A stretch of 63,691 nucleotides of DNA, filler included, from Phoronis australis (lineage: Eukaryota; Animalia; Phoronida), in the NCBI GenBank assembly GCA_002633005.1. It is 5 parts of 5 records of this genome, joined end to end, with 100 filler letters (N's around TTAATTAATTAA, not from the genome) between each part and the next. Parts side by side here need not be neighbours in the genome. Positions count along the whole stretch, not along the records: positions 28,668 to 48,829 come from NMRA01001197.1; positions 48,930 to 56,881 come from NMRA01000224.1; 3 more parts are not named here. The stretch is one strand, 5' to 3'. Shown here one piece after another: positions 41,081 through 55,000 of this stretch (positions are counted from its first letter, which is position 1; every line of letters begins with the position of its first letter). A model generated the notes under the pieces. That model was not told the DNA's origin. It did not search any database and saw nothing but the letters and a program-made list of their open reading frames with translations. A program made the position numbers and the translations under genes.

Positions 41081-41305
41081 ACGATTCCTCTGCCTGCCCC
41101 TAGCGAGTCCCCTGACACTGCCGACGGAGTCGCTAACACCATAGCAATGTGTTGCTAGTCTATCATGTGTATTGTGTACTGTACAATGTCACTATTCAAT
41201 ATGTGCACGTGTATGTAGGCCTAAATTTGCCACGTGGTTACGTCAGTAAAATGCTTTGTCGTTTCCACAAAACCATCGATATCACAAACTTCTCAACGTT
41301 TCCAG

Positions 41306-41527
41306 GTTATACCGGTTTCGTGCCTCGTGCCAGGGGCCTGCAGGGCAAGGGCTACCCGATCATCACACACGAAGCACTCAACACATTCACAGATAACTTC
41401 AAGAAATACACCGAAGGACAACGGAAGCCCGTACAGATCATTCGCCACGACCCTGTAGTCGTGGATACGAATCACATCTACCCGCTGCATTCGGGTGTCG
41501 TACCCAACTACACTGGGCACATTCCAG
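41306..41527 (+). CDS. CIMIP2B: CIMIP2/FAM166 exon
   Basis: tttccAG acceptor, GTAGGT donor; GYTGFVPRARG...GVVPNYTGHIPG; phase 1 to 1. Confidence 0.9.
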
Positions 41528-41930
41528 GTAGGTCGCTTGATTCATTCAACTAATTGTGGCCGTAAGTGGCATTTTCACTCTACGTTTCGTAGTGATACCA
41601 ACTTTTATATACTCCAACAGAGGGCGACTCAGAAACAGCGCATTCCGCTCTAAATTGGACCACTTTTTACTTACGACGGACATGAGAAATAAAACTATTA
41701 TCAATATTAAAGTTTTTAAAAACATTGTTAGGCCTAAGGACGCTTGACCAATCTAAAGGAATGCAACAGCTACAGTTTGATGTAACAACCCAACGTGGGT
41801 TCAGCGAGCTGGAAACACCCATAATATCTGCATCAAAATCATTTCAGGATGTATGTTTCTTGTTTAATGTAACAGACCTGCCGTCGTTTTGTGGAATCTC
41901 GATGACAATTGCATACTTTTCGATTTACAG

Positions 41931-42142
41931 GACAGAAATTTCGATTCGGAAGGACTTTTGGTCACAGTACCATCGATGCCGTCAACCATTCGGGATTTTC
42001 AAAAGAATTCATGCCAGCTGTTGGTAACTGGCAGAAAGGAACCACAGTTCTTCCTGAATCCGCTACGGCACCCATGCACACGCTAGCCACGAGTTCGATG
42101 CAAACGAACACGCAGCGGACGGCACAGCCGATGGTTGCTTAA
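41931..42142 (+). CDS. CIMIP2B: CIMIP2/FAM166 last coding exon
   Basis: tttacAG acceptor; QKFRFGRTFGHSTIDA... to TAA; AATAAA at 42411-42416. Confidence 0.88.
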
Positions 42143-42600
42143 ACCACGCGAGGAAAAACGAGAAGAAATTAGCTGCTGGGGATGAAACTATGTAATTTTG
42201 TCAGACTCCCTCCACAGAATGCGTGACGTCATCGTCACTTTAGATGGTCTTTCCGTAGAGCTGTTTTTAAGTGTATAATTACGATTTTTTGATTAAATTA
42301 TGCATAATAAAATAGCCATTATCCCTAGCGGTTAATTGTCTCGGATGTGTATGCTAATCCCAGGGTAGAATGTCTTCGATTTACAACGTCTGTGATGTTA
42401 ATTGTCTTTAAATAAATTAAGTTACGCGAACGTTAAATGTTTCATGTAGTATCAAACGGATTGAAACGGATGAGATTTAAGAGATGAATTTTTCCACGGT
42501 GGGCTAAAGACGTAACTGTATGTAGTTTCTTGTTTCAAGACGTTTATTGTAAAGGGAGAGTGGAATCTCATGGTGGTTGTAGTGTTACACTGTGTGAGCA

Positions 42601-42847
42601 TACCAAGGGTATGTGTTTTCACTGCTTTGGGATACCAAGGTATGTGTTGTCACTGCTTAGGAATACCAAGGTATGTGTGGTCACTGCTTAGGAATACCAA
42701 GGTATGTGTTGTCACTGCTTAGGAATACCAAGGTATGTGTGGTCACTGCTTAGGAATACCAAGGTATGTGTGGTCACTGCTTAGGAATACCAAGGTGTGT
42801 CTTTTCACTGCTTAGGAATACCAAGGTATGTGTTGTCACTGCTTAGG
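42601..42847. repeat. Minisatellite, 8 x ~31 bp
   Basis: Unit TACCAAGGTATGTGT(G/T)GTCACTGCTTAGGAA repeated head to tail. Confidence 0.95.
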
Positions 42848-42967
42848 CAGCTTTTATGTGACAAGTGCTCGGTTGCATGAACCTATTCCAAATAGGAAGT
42901 CAACCAGGTTCTCTCAATAGTTTAGAATTTTTGTCTTTGTTTACTCACAAATATTCAATTTTCAGAT

Positions 42968-43646
42968 NNNNNNNNNNNNNNNNNNNNNNNNNNNNNNNNN
43001 NNNNNNNNNNNNNNNNNNNNNNNNNNNNNNNNNNNNNNNNNNNNNNNNNNNNNNNNNNNNNNNNNNNNNNNNNNNNNNNNNNNNNNNNNNNNNNNNNNNN
43101 NNNNNNNNNNNNNNNNNNNNNNNNNNNNNNNNNNNNNNNNNNNNNNNNNNNNNNNNNNNNNNNNNNNNNNNNNNNNNNNNNNNNNNNNNNNNNNNNNNNN
43201 NNNNNNNNNNNNNNNNNNNNNNNNNNNNNNNNNNNNNNNNNNNNNNNNNNNNNNNNNNNNNNNNNNNNNNNNNNNNNNNNNNNNNNNNNNNNNNNNNNNN
43301 NNNNNNNNNNNNNNNNNNNNNNNNNNNNNNNNNNNNNNNNNNNNNNNNNNNNNNNNNNNNNNNNNNNNNNNNNNNNNNNNNNNNNNNNNNNNNNNNNNNN
43401 NNNNNNNNNNNNNNNNNNNNNNNNNNNNNNNNNNNNNNNNNNNNNNNNNNNNNNNNNNNNNNNNNNNNNNNNNNNNNNNNNNNNNNNNNNNNNNNNNNNN
43501 NNNNNNNNNNNNNNNNNNNNNNNNNNNNNNNNNNNNNNNNNNNNNNNNNNNNNNNNNNNNNNNNNNNNNNNNNNNNNNNNNNNNNNNNNNNNNNNNNNNN
43601 NNNNNNNNNNNNNNNNNNNNNNNNNNNNNNNNNNNNNNNNNNNNNC
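42968..43646. other. Large assembly gap
   Basis: Run of N. Confidence 0.99.
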
Positions 43647-46600
43647 CCCCCCCCGTTCTCTGGATGTCACCATATTTGTACCGAACCCCCCACGTCCGCC
43701 ATAGGTGGGGGTAATACCGGGGATGCAGCCATCAGGATTTGAGTAATCGTGAACCAACAAAGTTTCAAAGAGAGTAAGAATGGGTCTAGGGCCAGAGCAC
43801 TGACGGGTAGCTGGGAGCTGTGTAGAATAACTATAGCTGGGTTCCAACAGTGGATTCGTACCTGTTCCTCTGCTGTGGGTTGAAGGTCAAGGTTTGTTTT
43901 ATTATGATACAGTTTCGGGGAAAACTTTTATTGGCCATTCTTTGAAGAAAGGTGAGGTCCCGAGGTGCCTTGTATGAGTGCCTTTGTTGCCGTTTCAGAA
44001 TCTCTAGATGAAACACAGCCGGTAGTCCAGTTTCTGGTTACTGGGAGAAATGATACAGTGTGTGTCCCAAAAATGTACACACTTCAAGACCTGGAGTTCA
44101 AATTCAGTTCCCGTGGGTAACTGAGATTCTATGCAGGCCTACTGAATGGTCACACCTTATTTTTAATGTGTGTCATGCATGCTTGCACCCAGAGGGGCTC
44201 GGGCAAAAAGGTCTGCTTCAAAAAACATAATATAGTCCCGGAGAAAGCGAAAAAAGCCCATTAAGGCAGGAATTCGGCGTATGCACAATTCATAGCCCTG
44301 AAAAAAACGTATTCCGTCTTTTTTTCTCCAGTTAAAGGTCCACATCGTCAAACATTCGAGCCCCCTATATTTTAGGCTTGGTGCGCGCATGCCGTGTGTG
44401 TAGTATGCAAGCGAAATGCAAGCAAACCATTTAGTTTTGAATTGCAAAAATTCATTACGCAATACTACTGGAAACTTAAAATATCAAGGAAGTGCAAAGA
44501 GAACCTTTCCAATTTGATGACCAATGAGTTAGATTCGATACTTAAACTCCTTTTTCAATCTACGGTTTGTAAAAAAGTAATCTAGTTCCTAAGCCAATAA
44601 ACAATTTATTGCCATTTGAATTGTGAGAACATCTTTTTGGGACAATTTGTAGAGTTGTCCGAAATACATCACTTTCCTTGAGACTTATTTCAGATAGATA
44701 AAACTCGTTTAGTGTACTTTTATATTTGGGGATCTGATGATGGATCGAATTTTCCCAATGTCGGCCTGCAGCTAAGTTCATTGAGGCATTGTCATGTCTT
44801 CCAAAATAAGCTTCTGCCTGTTTAAAAAATCACCCCTCAATCAGTCTATTTTCATAGATACATTAACATGTAAATCAAAAACCAACAATCAAATCCCGGA
44901 GCAATGCGTTTACCTTCATTTAATGACTTAATTCCTTTTTGATCACCTGTTAGTGAGTTCAAACAACAGATCTTGTTAAAAAGCAATGCATTAACGTCAT
45001 TTGAATTTTGAGTAAATTTTTGGGAAGTGTCCAAATTTCATCGATGTCTTTGAGAGTTATTTTAGGCAGACAAAAAGCGTGCAAGTGCACTTTACTATTT
45101 GGGGATCGGATTATAGAGTTTTTCCATATTGAGGCTTCGACTTAATTCCCTGAATCGTAATCATTTCTTAAAAGATTAGCTTGTAATTGCCAAAAATAAT
45201 TTATTAACCTGTCGGTTTTCGTAGATACACAAACATGTCAATCAGAAACCAACGAATTTGTTGATCAAAACGGAATGTCACAAGCATTTTCCGCTGGCAT
45301 GCTCAAAGATTTTTGACGGGTATCCGGCGGAAAATGGGAGATTGGGTGTTCACATTATTTTTGCTCATTCCCAAGGAACCTATAACGGTTCACGAGTTGA
45401 ACTTGAGCTCAAAAAAGCTGCAATCTTTGTTTATTATTGCGAGTATTTGAGTACACACGTTCGACATGTACACGGTCACCCCAATGGTAGCTTCGACAGC
45501 AGTGTTTTTCACATGTGGGAAATCCTTACGAACAACTCGCTGTTACCATTTTCAAAAGATATACTATTCTTGTGATACTAATGGAAACAGTAACATTATT
45601 CTACAACTAACCACCGGAAATAGTCCTTTTGTATAATTAACAAATAGCGGTCTTCACGTTCTTCAAAATTCCACCCTTTTGATGGCGGTCAATTCTATTG
45701 TATTTTTCACATTTTTTGGTTGTTTGGGTGGAATGTCCTGATACTTCTAGGCTGTGCACGAATGTTTTGTGTTTTTTGATGAATTTGGAATCTCAACTTC
45801 CCTCGTGAATACTTGGCAGTGTAGGATTTATATGTATAGAGGGACAAAGGGACTTTTCTCCGAACTGCTCCACCGAGAGAGGGTCCCGCCTGAAATGGGA
45901 CACTTTAATTATGAAAGGCTAAACATAATTAAGCTTGGAAAAGAGTGACAGTTTATTCTACCGCCGTGTGAAAACAAGACGGAGCAGGAAGCGACCTTCC
46001 TCAACATGAAAGTCGGTTGCACGATTTCACAAAAATGCAGGAACCTAACCGTAATCGAGTCCAACTTTGGGCCCTCTATCTGTGAGTGGACACTTAAGAA
46101 TTTGTCAATAAAACACAAAAAGGGTGGCCACTTGAATGTCATCAATGGCCACCTTTAAGGGTGGGGCCCCTCAATATGACAATATCTATATTTCGAAAAA
46201 TCAAGAAATTTTGCAGGCAATTGATGATATCTGTCAGATCATCAATTTTTCTCAAGTGATATACAGTTCGAGAAAAAAGCGACAGTTCTCTCCGTAATGC
46301 CTTCCCAGAGATGGGCCTCTGGAAAAATTTGGTTTTGCAATCGCAAAATTTGACTTAATGAATTTAAAAACACAACAAATTAATACGCTTCGCAAAAAGC
46401 TTCGCTTTACATATTTTTTTCATTTTTTCGAAATATATGCACGTTTTCAAGTTCGTTTAGATGACCTGTGTTGCGAAAGCGGAGACCCCAACAACAGTGT
46501 CAGGGTCCTCAAAAGGTAAACCATGCACTGATACAAAGTTGTTAAATGTTCTCTGGAATGTTGTCTCTTATCCGCATTTAGAAGTCTTTCTTTTCTCGAC

Positions 46601-48364
46601 TGCCCCGTCCCAACGCGTATGTCGGTTGCCACGGTTTAACTCTGACGCCTGAAAAAAAATTTTTTGGGGGGGGGTCCGTGGGCCCCGGCCCTCCCACTTC
46701 CTTACTAAGTTTTGACAGCATTCCAGTCCAAGGTCAACCTACCATTGTCGGCCGCGTGCTGTCACCATCTGCACGATAGGCCATATTCCCAGTCCTCTTA
46801 TCTTTCACGTCGGTTACTAAGTCCGGGGAGGCAACGGAAACTTCTGATGAAATCCTTCTGCAGATGTTCAAAAGTTATTTTCAGCAAAGTTCCCAAGAAT
46901 ACACTTGCGCGTTAAGTGAGAATCTTAGTTCAAATATTTGAGCGAGACTCAAATATTTTTCTAGCCAATAGGTGTTAGTGCGATATCATTGAAACGGCCA
47001 ATGGAACGATAGGAAAATATAATTGTCTAGCCAATAGGTGTCAGTGCAGTATGATATGAACAGCCAGTCACGATAAAGAATTATAATTGAGTGCGTACCA
47101 TTTGTGACATGTCTGCTTCCTCTACTTCTCAAACCAAACGTGAGCTTTGTGCCAGCTGTGTAACCGAGAGTGCATGCATTATTGACACGAGCGCACCCAA
47201 CCTTCAGTGGGGGGGGGGCTTGAATTCCTGGCGGTGTCGGGGCCTTTTACTTTAGTTGACTAAAAAAAATAAAAAAAACAGTACCACGATCGGAGCCGTA
47301 CTTTCTGCGAAATGTGCGTTTTCACCTTTTTAGTGGACTTTTATCTCTTTTTGCCCACTTCGCCTCCTGGGTGCACGCATGATTGACACAGCAATAGAGT
47401 GTCGCGATTTCTTAATGTGAAATTTGCAGCCACAAAATGTCACTGGAGTCAATGGTTTTGGCAAACAAGTGGTTCAAATATGAGTACAAGGAAATCCTCA
47501 TTGGTGAAAAATTCACGTTAAAAAACTACAACTAATCTATGACAAACAGTCAGTGTCACAGGAACCTACTGGTGTCACGATAATAGAAAACCTTGTCATT
47601 CCACGAGAGCACTGAAAGCTCGAGTCTAGGGTAACCGGGTCAGATCTTGAAAAAATTTGTATGTAACGTACATCTTGGTGGGATATGTTCAAAATGTTCA
47701 TCTGATAATTTTTGGGCCAGTATTTTTTAAGTTACACCATCATGAATATTTTGGCCGTTTTTTCGTACAAAAAGATTCAGTTAGTGAAGTTGTTTTAATA
47801 TGTCTAAAAAGAATTGGAAAGAAAAAACCTTTGTAATCGTTATGTAGATATTGAACCTCTCTGTCTGAAGACTGTCTTTGAATTTTCAAACGGATTTCCG
47901 TTAACCTTCACTGGAGTGCCAAAATTTGGTAAATGTTGCCTAATTTTATCAATTTGATTTTTCGCCATTTTCGAGGTACCTTGGGGGCCAGTTTACGAGG
48001 TGCTGATGATTTCCAATGATATTTTTCATCAGTTTGCTGTCTGACTAAGAAATTTAAAAAAAATCAAAGAAATAGGCTTTTTGTTTGTTTTCATGCAACA
48101 CCCGATAGAAAAGACATACCAACGCGTATTTAAAGGTGCCTGACTAAGGGCAATATGCAACTGTATCTCATAAACCTCATAAAGGCTCCTCATAATAATT
48201 TTTGCTGTGGAAATTAAATCAGTCCACGTCAGTTTTTAGATATTTTGATTACTGCTGGCCCTCTGGTGGCAGTTTATATAACTAAATTTTTGGTGAAATT
48301 TAATGAAATTTGGCCAAAACACTTCCGTCGAGGAAAAGATGGCAGATGTACATGAATGTCTGAG

Positions 48365-48461
48365 AACGACGTTTCAATATTAATCGAATTCTGTTACCAC
48401 AGTTTGTTTTCTGTCTATTATTCTACCTGAAGATGCTTCTGATTAATATCGAAACGTCGTT
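48365..48461 (+). mobile_element. Penelope-like element terminal relic with a degenerate hammerhead ribozyme core and an inverted duplicate
   Basis: CTGAAGA (48427-48433) ... GAAACGTC (48451-48458); 48365-48385 is a 20/21 inverted match to 48441-48461. Confidence 0.45.
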
Positions 48462-51400
48462 TACCTGCTACCCTCAAGCACCGTTTTTGTTTTCCACTTC
48501 TTACTTCTAATTTGGCCAAAAACTAATATTATTTACATGCAAATTGTCGAATGAGTCTACTGCCGGATAGTTATTACATAAAATGTATAAAATAATTTAA
48601 TCTGAATTTTGTCATTTTTACAGGATGTTAATTGTTTCACCGATTCTAACCAAACCTGGTGTTGTCACTTGTCACACTCCCACGAGAGATAAAAACGATA
48701 CCTCTTGACAATATTGGAGGCACTAGTTTCAAATGTTCGATGTAGCTGAGGCGTACATCAAGTAATGTTATCTCAGTACAAATTAATACGAATTAAGTAC
48801 TAGTCCACGAGAGCACCAGCCATGTACATNNNNNNNNNNNNNNNNNNNNNNNNNNNNNNNNNNNNNNNNNNNNTTAATTAATTAANNNNNNNNNNNNNNN
48901 NNNNNNNNNNNNNNNNNNNNNNNNNNNNNTGTAACCACTGAACCAAGATAAGACAGGGCGTTCATGCATTTATCGTATTAAGTACTTTTTGACTGTTATA
49001 AAAAAATTCAAAATTTCTCACGAAATCTCATGTAATATCGCAGTCCTAAAAGGCGTAATAAAAACTTTATTTGTTTAGTTTAAAACAACCCAGCATGAAT
49101 TAAAATACACGAAATCACGATGACAGTGGACATTATCTATTTTGGTGGCATTTGCGGTAACTCTTTTTCTACAACAGTTTTGTGCACAGTACACCTAATC
49201 TCACCTTTTTACACAGACCATTTCACCACTTGTACACAGGCGCGCACGTAAGTAAACATACACTTGCCCATCCACATTAAATATGCATAGTCTCAGTCAT
49301 TAAATTGTGAATATGCAAATGAAGTACTAACTTACAAACAAGCCCGTGTCCCCAGTGTGCCGGAAACAATTCGAGAACCAGTTACCATTACAATCACGCG
49401 AAAGTCTCATTTTGCGAGACCAACTTTATGTAAACGAGTATGGTAATATTTAATCATGGCGGACACCTGATGCCGGCCATTGACAATTGAGGTCTGCCTA
49501 CTCGGCCGACACTCCTCGGTGACCACAACTAAAGCATTCTTTCTGCAATTTCATTTTGCAGTCACCTTGGACAATATTTAATATCATGCCATTTTGTGTC
49601 TCTCAGATAATGAAATTTCTAAGGAGGACACGGCCAATCCCTGGGAACCCTCCACAGCATTGTCGTAACCTGGAAACAAAGCCCAGATCTTATTATTTGT
49701 TTATTTCACTATCAAATAACGGTTGCGTAATATTTGGAATTACTAGGACTTTTTTATGTTCACACTTGTTTTTAAGTGTATCACTTGTTTTGTTTTCTTT
49801 AAGGCCACAATTTATTTACAATTGTTTTTCTTTACCTGATTATACTTGTACACGCAGTTCTCCAGGAAGTCACTAGGCGGCGCTTGCTGCAAATTTAAAT
49901 ATTCACGGTTTTAAGAGACAGGACATCTTTGTGTTTTGAATCACAGGCGTCATTAGCGTCTTTCGATTATAAAACCACTGGCTGTTACCCGTGCTTTCGC
50001 ACGGAAGTATGGTAAAAGCCGAGCGGAAATAGCTACATTGTACACCTTCAAGTGAACATTAGTGTTCATCGCTAGAAACAGGAATATTTCTTGAAGAGAC
50101 CGTTTTATTTCAAAGCTTCATGCAGAACTTGTCAGATTTATAAGCAGGGAGTGTGGTTGCGGGAGTCTTTCGGCACCAGGCAGTACAAATTTCTTTCCAG
50201 AAAATTTGCCGTAACATAATGCACGGTGATCAGCTATTCTTTAAAGTGAAAACTACGGAATCGTTTAAATTAAAATACTCTTAAAATCAAATTAAGTATA
50301 TAGCATTTACAAAAATCACAAAGTAAATGTACATACTCCGGTAGAAAGCCAGCTAGCTCTATAAATTAAGACTATAGTCAACTGACAGCTAGGTAGCTGT
50401 GTGTTGAGCTCTGTCAAAGACACCGAAATTTGACACAACTCGGACAGCTCAGCTCGTCCTACTAAAAAGTTCGCCACTGATCTTTCGGGAGATGACAGCT
50501 TCGTAGCAGCAAAATTTATTCTGAAATAGGGTTTGCAGTGTTATTTAATTAAGATACTTAAAACTTGTAACGAAATGAAACTAGTTCCGATTGTTATGAC
50601 ATGCACGTGACCTCGCGGAAGAGAAGAGCAGTTGATTGAAGAATCGGGGAAATTGGCCAATATGTGACGCAATATTTCATGGCGCCGAAAGCCGACCCAA
50701 AAGAGTGCATCACAATTTTAGCAGCAGACTAATGGTACAACGCCAATTTTTCCAACACCAGGAAATAATTTAGTTTACTCAACGAAGGGTGTATCTTTCA
50801 ATGACAGCGTTAATTTTGGAGGTGACAGGCCCGATGAATTTTTTACGCGACGGAAGCCGGAGGGAGTGAAATTAAGCCCACGGACTGACGTCACCCAGAT
50901 CGTTTGGCCGACGGACCAATGTCACCAAGGCCAGAACGAAACTGGTCACCCTCCCTCTGCGTTTGCAAAAAAAACGGCCCGAGAGACAAAAATAAAACAC
51001 CTCGAATCTAAATAGGGGGCCGGTGCACTACCTGGGACCGAAACGGGCGCAACGAAGGTCTGTAGTTGAACGTGAGAGACGGAGTTTGTGTGAACTATGC
51101 GTTTTATATAATAGATTCTGCCCAATAGGCCAATTTCAACACGTTTCATTCCTACTGTGACTCAAGCGAAAGTTGACTAGCATTGACCCACCTCTGCGTT
51201 ACAATGACAAAATTTGTATAATTTCAGTTCCTCAACAAAACTAGAAGTACGGTAAGGTAAGTATTTACTTCAGACTTTAAAACTTGCGCGCCCTCATTTG
51301 GTGGTACAGTCGAGAGGCGTATTTTTAACCACATCTTAAAATTAAGATAATAAGACAAAGTGATTAAAGCGATTACTATTCACCGCATACCCAATTAACA

Positions 51401-51860
51401 CGTGCAGAAGTTTCTGCGACGATTTACGTTCTCAATAGGAATTTTTTAATTAGACCGAGGTTCGCCTCAACTCCGTCGCGGTTTGACTTGTGACGAGTTC
51501 TTATACACCGAAACATAAACTGTGGTACTTTCGGAAAAGGTCTGTAAACAATACAACAGGATTATAACTGAGTGGTAAAGTTCATGTCACATGACCTGTC
51601 ATGGCTCAACTTGAGTGCTGCACATAGCCTGTTCTTCTGAACGAGAGACGAAATTAAAACTCCGCGCACGATTAATGTGGTCGGAGCAGAACACCTGATT
51701 ACCCTACATGCGCGGTATTAATGACCAAATATATTGCGAGGGAATAAACGTGATCAAACGTATAAACCACAATGAGCCGTCTTATGTGGCTAATACAGAA
51801 CTTTGAATAGAGTTGTTGAATTTTCTCTGCCACATATTGGTTGTCACATATACAGGACAG

Positions 51861-52090
51861 GGGCCCGTTCCAAGAAACCTAGTACTCGTTAGGTTCATTT
51901 TTACTTAATTTGTCTCAACTTCCAAACTTTGAAACTTCCACATCCGGTAAGACAGTCAAAATTAAGAAACAAAATAATTCAAAAACTTAAGTCAAGTCTT
52001 TAAACTGTTTTGGGACAAATCTAAGTTTTATCTTAAAATTGAATGAAATTTAAGATTTGTCTTAGCTAAGTCAGTTTTCTTGGAATGTCG
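51861..52090. mobile_element. Harbinger/PIF-like MITE
   Basis: Starts GGGCCCGTTCCAAGAAA and ends TTTCTTGGAA (inverted); related to the 39985 copy. Confidence 0.6.
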
Positions 52091-55000
52091 GAGTCCCTAG
52101 CCAAAGCGATCGCCACGTGAAACTGCGCCAACATTCGAATCTGTGGGCGCATACATGCGAAACACTTGAGCGTACAGGCAGATCTTAAAGGAAAGGTAAT
52201 GAGCTATCTATTACATTAAAAACTGACACGATATCAACTTTAAGGTTGAATCGTTCATGCCAAGAATTGCACGATAACACTTAGCTCACCTCAAAATCCA
52301 ACTGCTGTTTGGTGTTTTGGTAATTGGCCCAATTATGTTGCACACATAGCAGATTTAATAAGGCACTATTATTGCAACATTGAGTAAACGTTTTAGGTGA
52401 TAAAAGCCATGTTTGTTGACCAATTTTCAAAAACCTTATCACGAGTACTTTTCACGAACTATCCGGTACAAACTTTCAAAACGAACACTTGAAAATACTA
52501 TTGTCGCCTCTGATGTGTTTATGATGGTCTCATTATCTAGAGAACGATAACATCAGTAGCCTGGGGTGATTTAATTAACCACAACATCATGGTGTCTTTG
52601 ATCTGAACCGGCAAATTGTGTGGTGCACGAGTTACGTAATCTGGACTAGTTTGGGTGTCAACGTAGGACAATCGAAAAACGAAACCAGACGTCGAAAAGT
52701 TTTGGAGTAACGCTCACGATGAACGGTCGATCGCGGGACGAGAAAAAAAATTCATTCCGACTGGCTGCTGCAAGCATTGTACCGATAATGCAACAGATGT
52801 AGAAAGGTATACAACACTCAACTTATCAAGATCTTGGCAATGTCTTGCTAATATCCTCGAATTTAAGGTGAGGACTTTTTCGACGAGGATCTCGGAAATT
52901 TTACGGATACTAATCAAATCACCAGTAAATTAAGTGGGTCGGAATTCGCAATGAGAAGTATGCGAACTGAACTATACGACTGAATAGCCCAACATCAACC
53001 AAACCAGATGTTTTAAACTTCAAGCCGAAATTAGCGCTCCATGCATAATCCAGCGCTTAACATGGCCATGAAAATGTCAGTTATTTGGCTCCCTTTGTAC
53101 TAACTCGCAAAAGTCGCGGTTGTTTGTAGAGACACCTGTGAGCACAAATGGTACTAACAGGTGCAGTAAGCCAACCATCTGTGTACTTGCGGTATTTAAA
53201 TTGTGCGAGATTCAAGTGTTTGCACTAATGGATATTCCACAAGTTTTAGCTCAAATGGTGCCTATTACAGGGTGCAGGGTTGGTGAGACTATTATGCAAC
53301 TTTGTGTCACACGAAAATGATTATTATATGTTCCCTGACCAAAATTAGACAGCTCGATCGATGACGTCCTGGGGCATCTCTGTAGCAGGTGCAAACCGGA
53401 GCAGGAAGTAACTCTCCGACATATTCTTTACGGAAAGGTGCCTTTTACAAATCATTGTCTGCAAAAAAGATCACTCTGAGATTTGCCCAAAAGTGGCGTA
53501 ATGGTAGCAGAACAAACCTCGCCACTGAGATGCTCGATTATGGAAGTTCCTCTTACGAGGGGCTCACTTTTTTGTGCCCAGTATGTAAAAAGACTGTATC
53601 ATGACTTTTTTTTACAGTGATTTTCGTCAAAATTAACCGATTATCTACCACCCCGATGTTTTTGTGTCCAGACACATCCAGGTTGGCCCTCAGTAGCCCC
53701 ATTTCTGTTGTTCAGGTTTACCGCGGATGCATTTGATTGACCAGAGAACGCTGCTGGCGGTCCTTACAACCACATAATGCACACTAGGTGGAGTGATAGT
53801 ATAATTAACCGTAAATTGCTTGTGGGATGATTGTTTGTGATGGATCATAGTGCAAGCCTCAGTAATAACTTGAAGGCTTGATCCCATGGCCAATATGATT
53901 GTGGGAAATGTCATTTAAGATTGCTTAAAAGTCAAAATCGTAAATATACTAAACGTGTACTTGTCTGCATTGGTTTGACGTGATGTCGGGTTTACCCGTT
54001 GGAGGCTCGGGTCAGTTTCTCAGTTGAAAGGATTGTTACAGCTGGTATCATCTGTGTTGATACGGTTTGCTAGCTTGTGTATAGATGTCGATTGCCACAT
54101 AGCTGCTTAAGACCAATTTCAAAACATGTCTTAATTGTTAATTTACTCGTTTAAGAGGCCGCGCTCAACAGTCTGCACCCATTTGGAAACACATCTTATG
54201 AAACAACTGACTACTAAGAGTTCTTCGAAAACCGAATAAACACACGTTTGCCTTTTTATTCAAACATTTTTACATTAAAAAGGCAACCGTGCTCCATCCT
54301 GTAATCGAAACCTTTCAAATTCTAGGTGTGTCAAGAACCCAGTGTGAGAAATATAACTGTCGTAAAGAGAATAAATTAGGATTTTATTACCCAAATTTGC
54401 AGTACTTGCACCTGATATGATATTTTCGAAGACTGCAACCAAAAATGTACCAATAATCCACAATAAATATTTTCAAGAGTTGTTTAAGTTAAAGAAAAAG
54501 AGTAGATTTACTGCCTCCATTATGTTTAGGTGGAGTTGAAGCTAAAGCAAGTCGTCATGGTTCTCGAAATGGAAGTAGAATTCTCCAAAGACAGAATCAC
54601 TACGCTCCTACGGGATCCTTCTCTGGTCGGATTTTGCTTGTAATTGAAATGGCATACCCTTTGCGTGAAAACTATCTACTATTTCATGATAGAGGGACCA
54701 TTTCTTGGAGGGCCACCGATAATGGAACCAATTGTCATTTTTAAGGTACTCTATCGGATTCCTTCTCGAAGGGGGGGGGGGGGGNGGGGGGGGGGGGGGC
54801 TCACCCTTGTGAGTAGCCCTGGACAATTGCTCCGTTTGCTCTCCTATGAATCTGACAATTTGTCTTATACTTTTGGAATCGTTTTGCAACCTGTTGATAG
54901 ATGGCGGCACAAGCACAGGTATTACGACTGAATGCACAAAAGGCTTATGGAAACAATGCACATTAAAGAGGCATGGAACGCGAAAGATGGTCAAAAATAT

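Noticed and set aside
42601-42847. 31-bp array as a CRISPR array
   Set aside because: No spacers; an ordinary minisatellite
42865-43847. 279-aa and 300-aa ORFs
   Set aside because: Artefacts of translating through N
43831-44016. CR1-like C-terminal remnant (KSFPRNCII), with a similar hint at ~59920
   Set aside because: Only a few residues resemble the SFFPRT..WN motif
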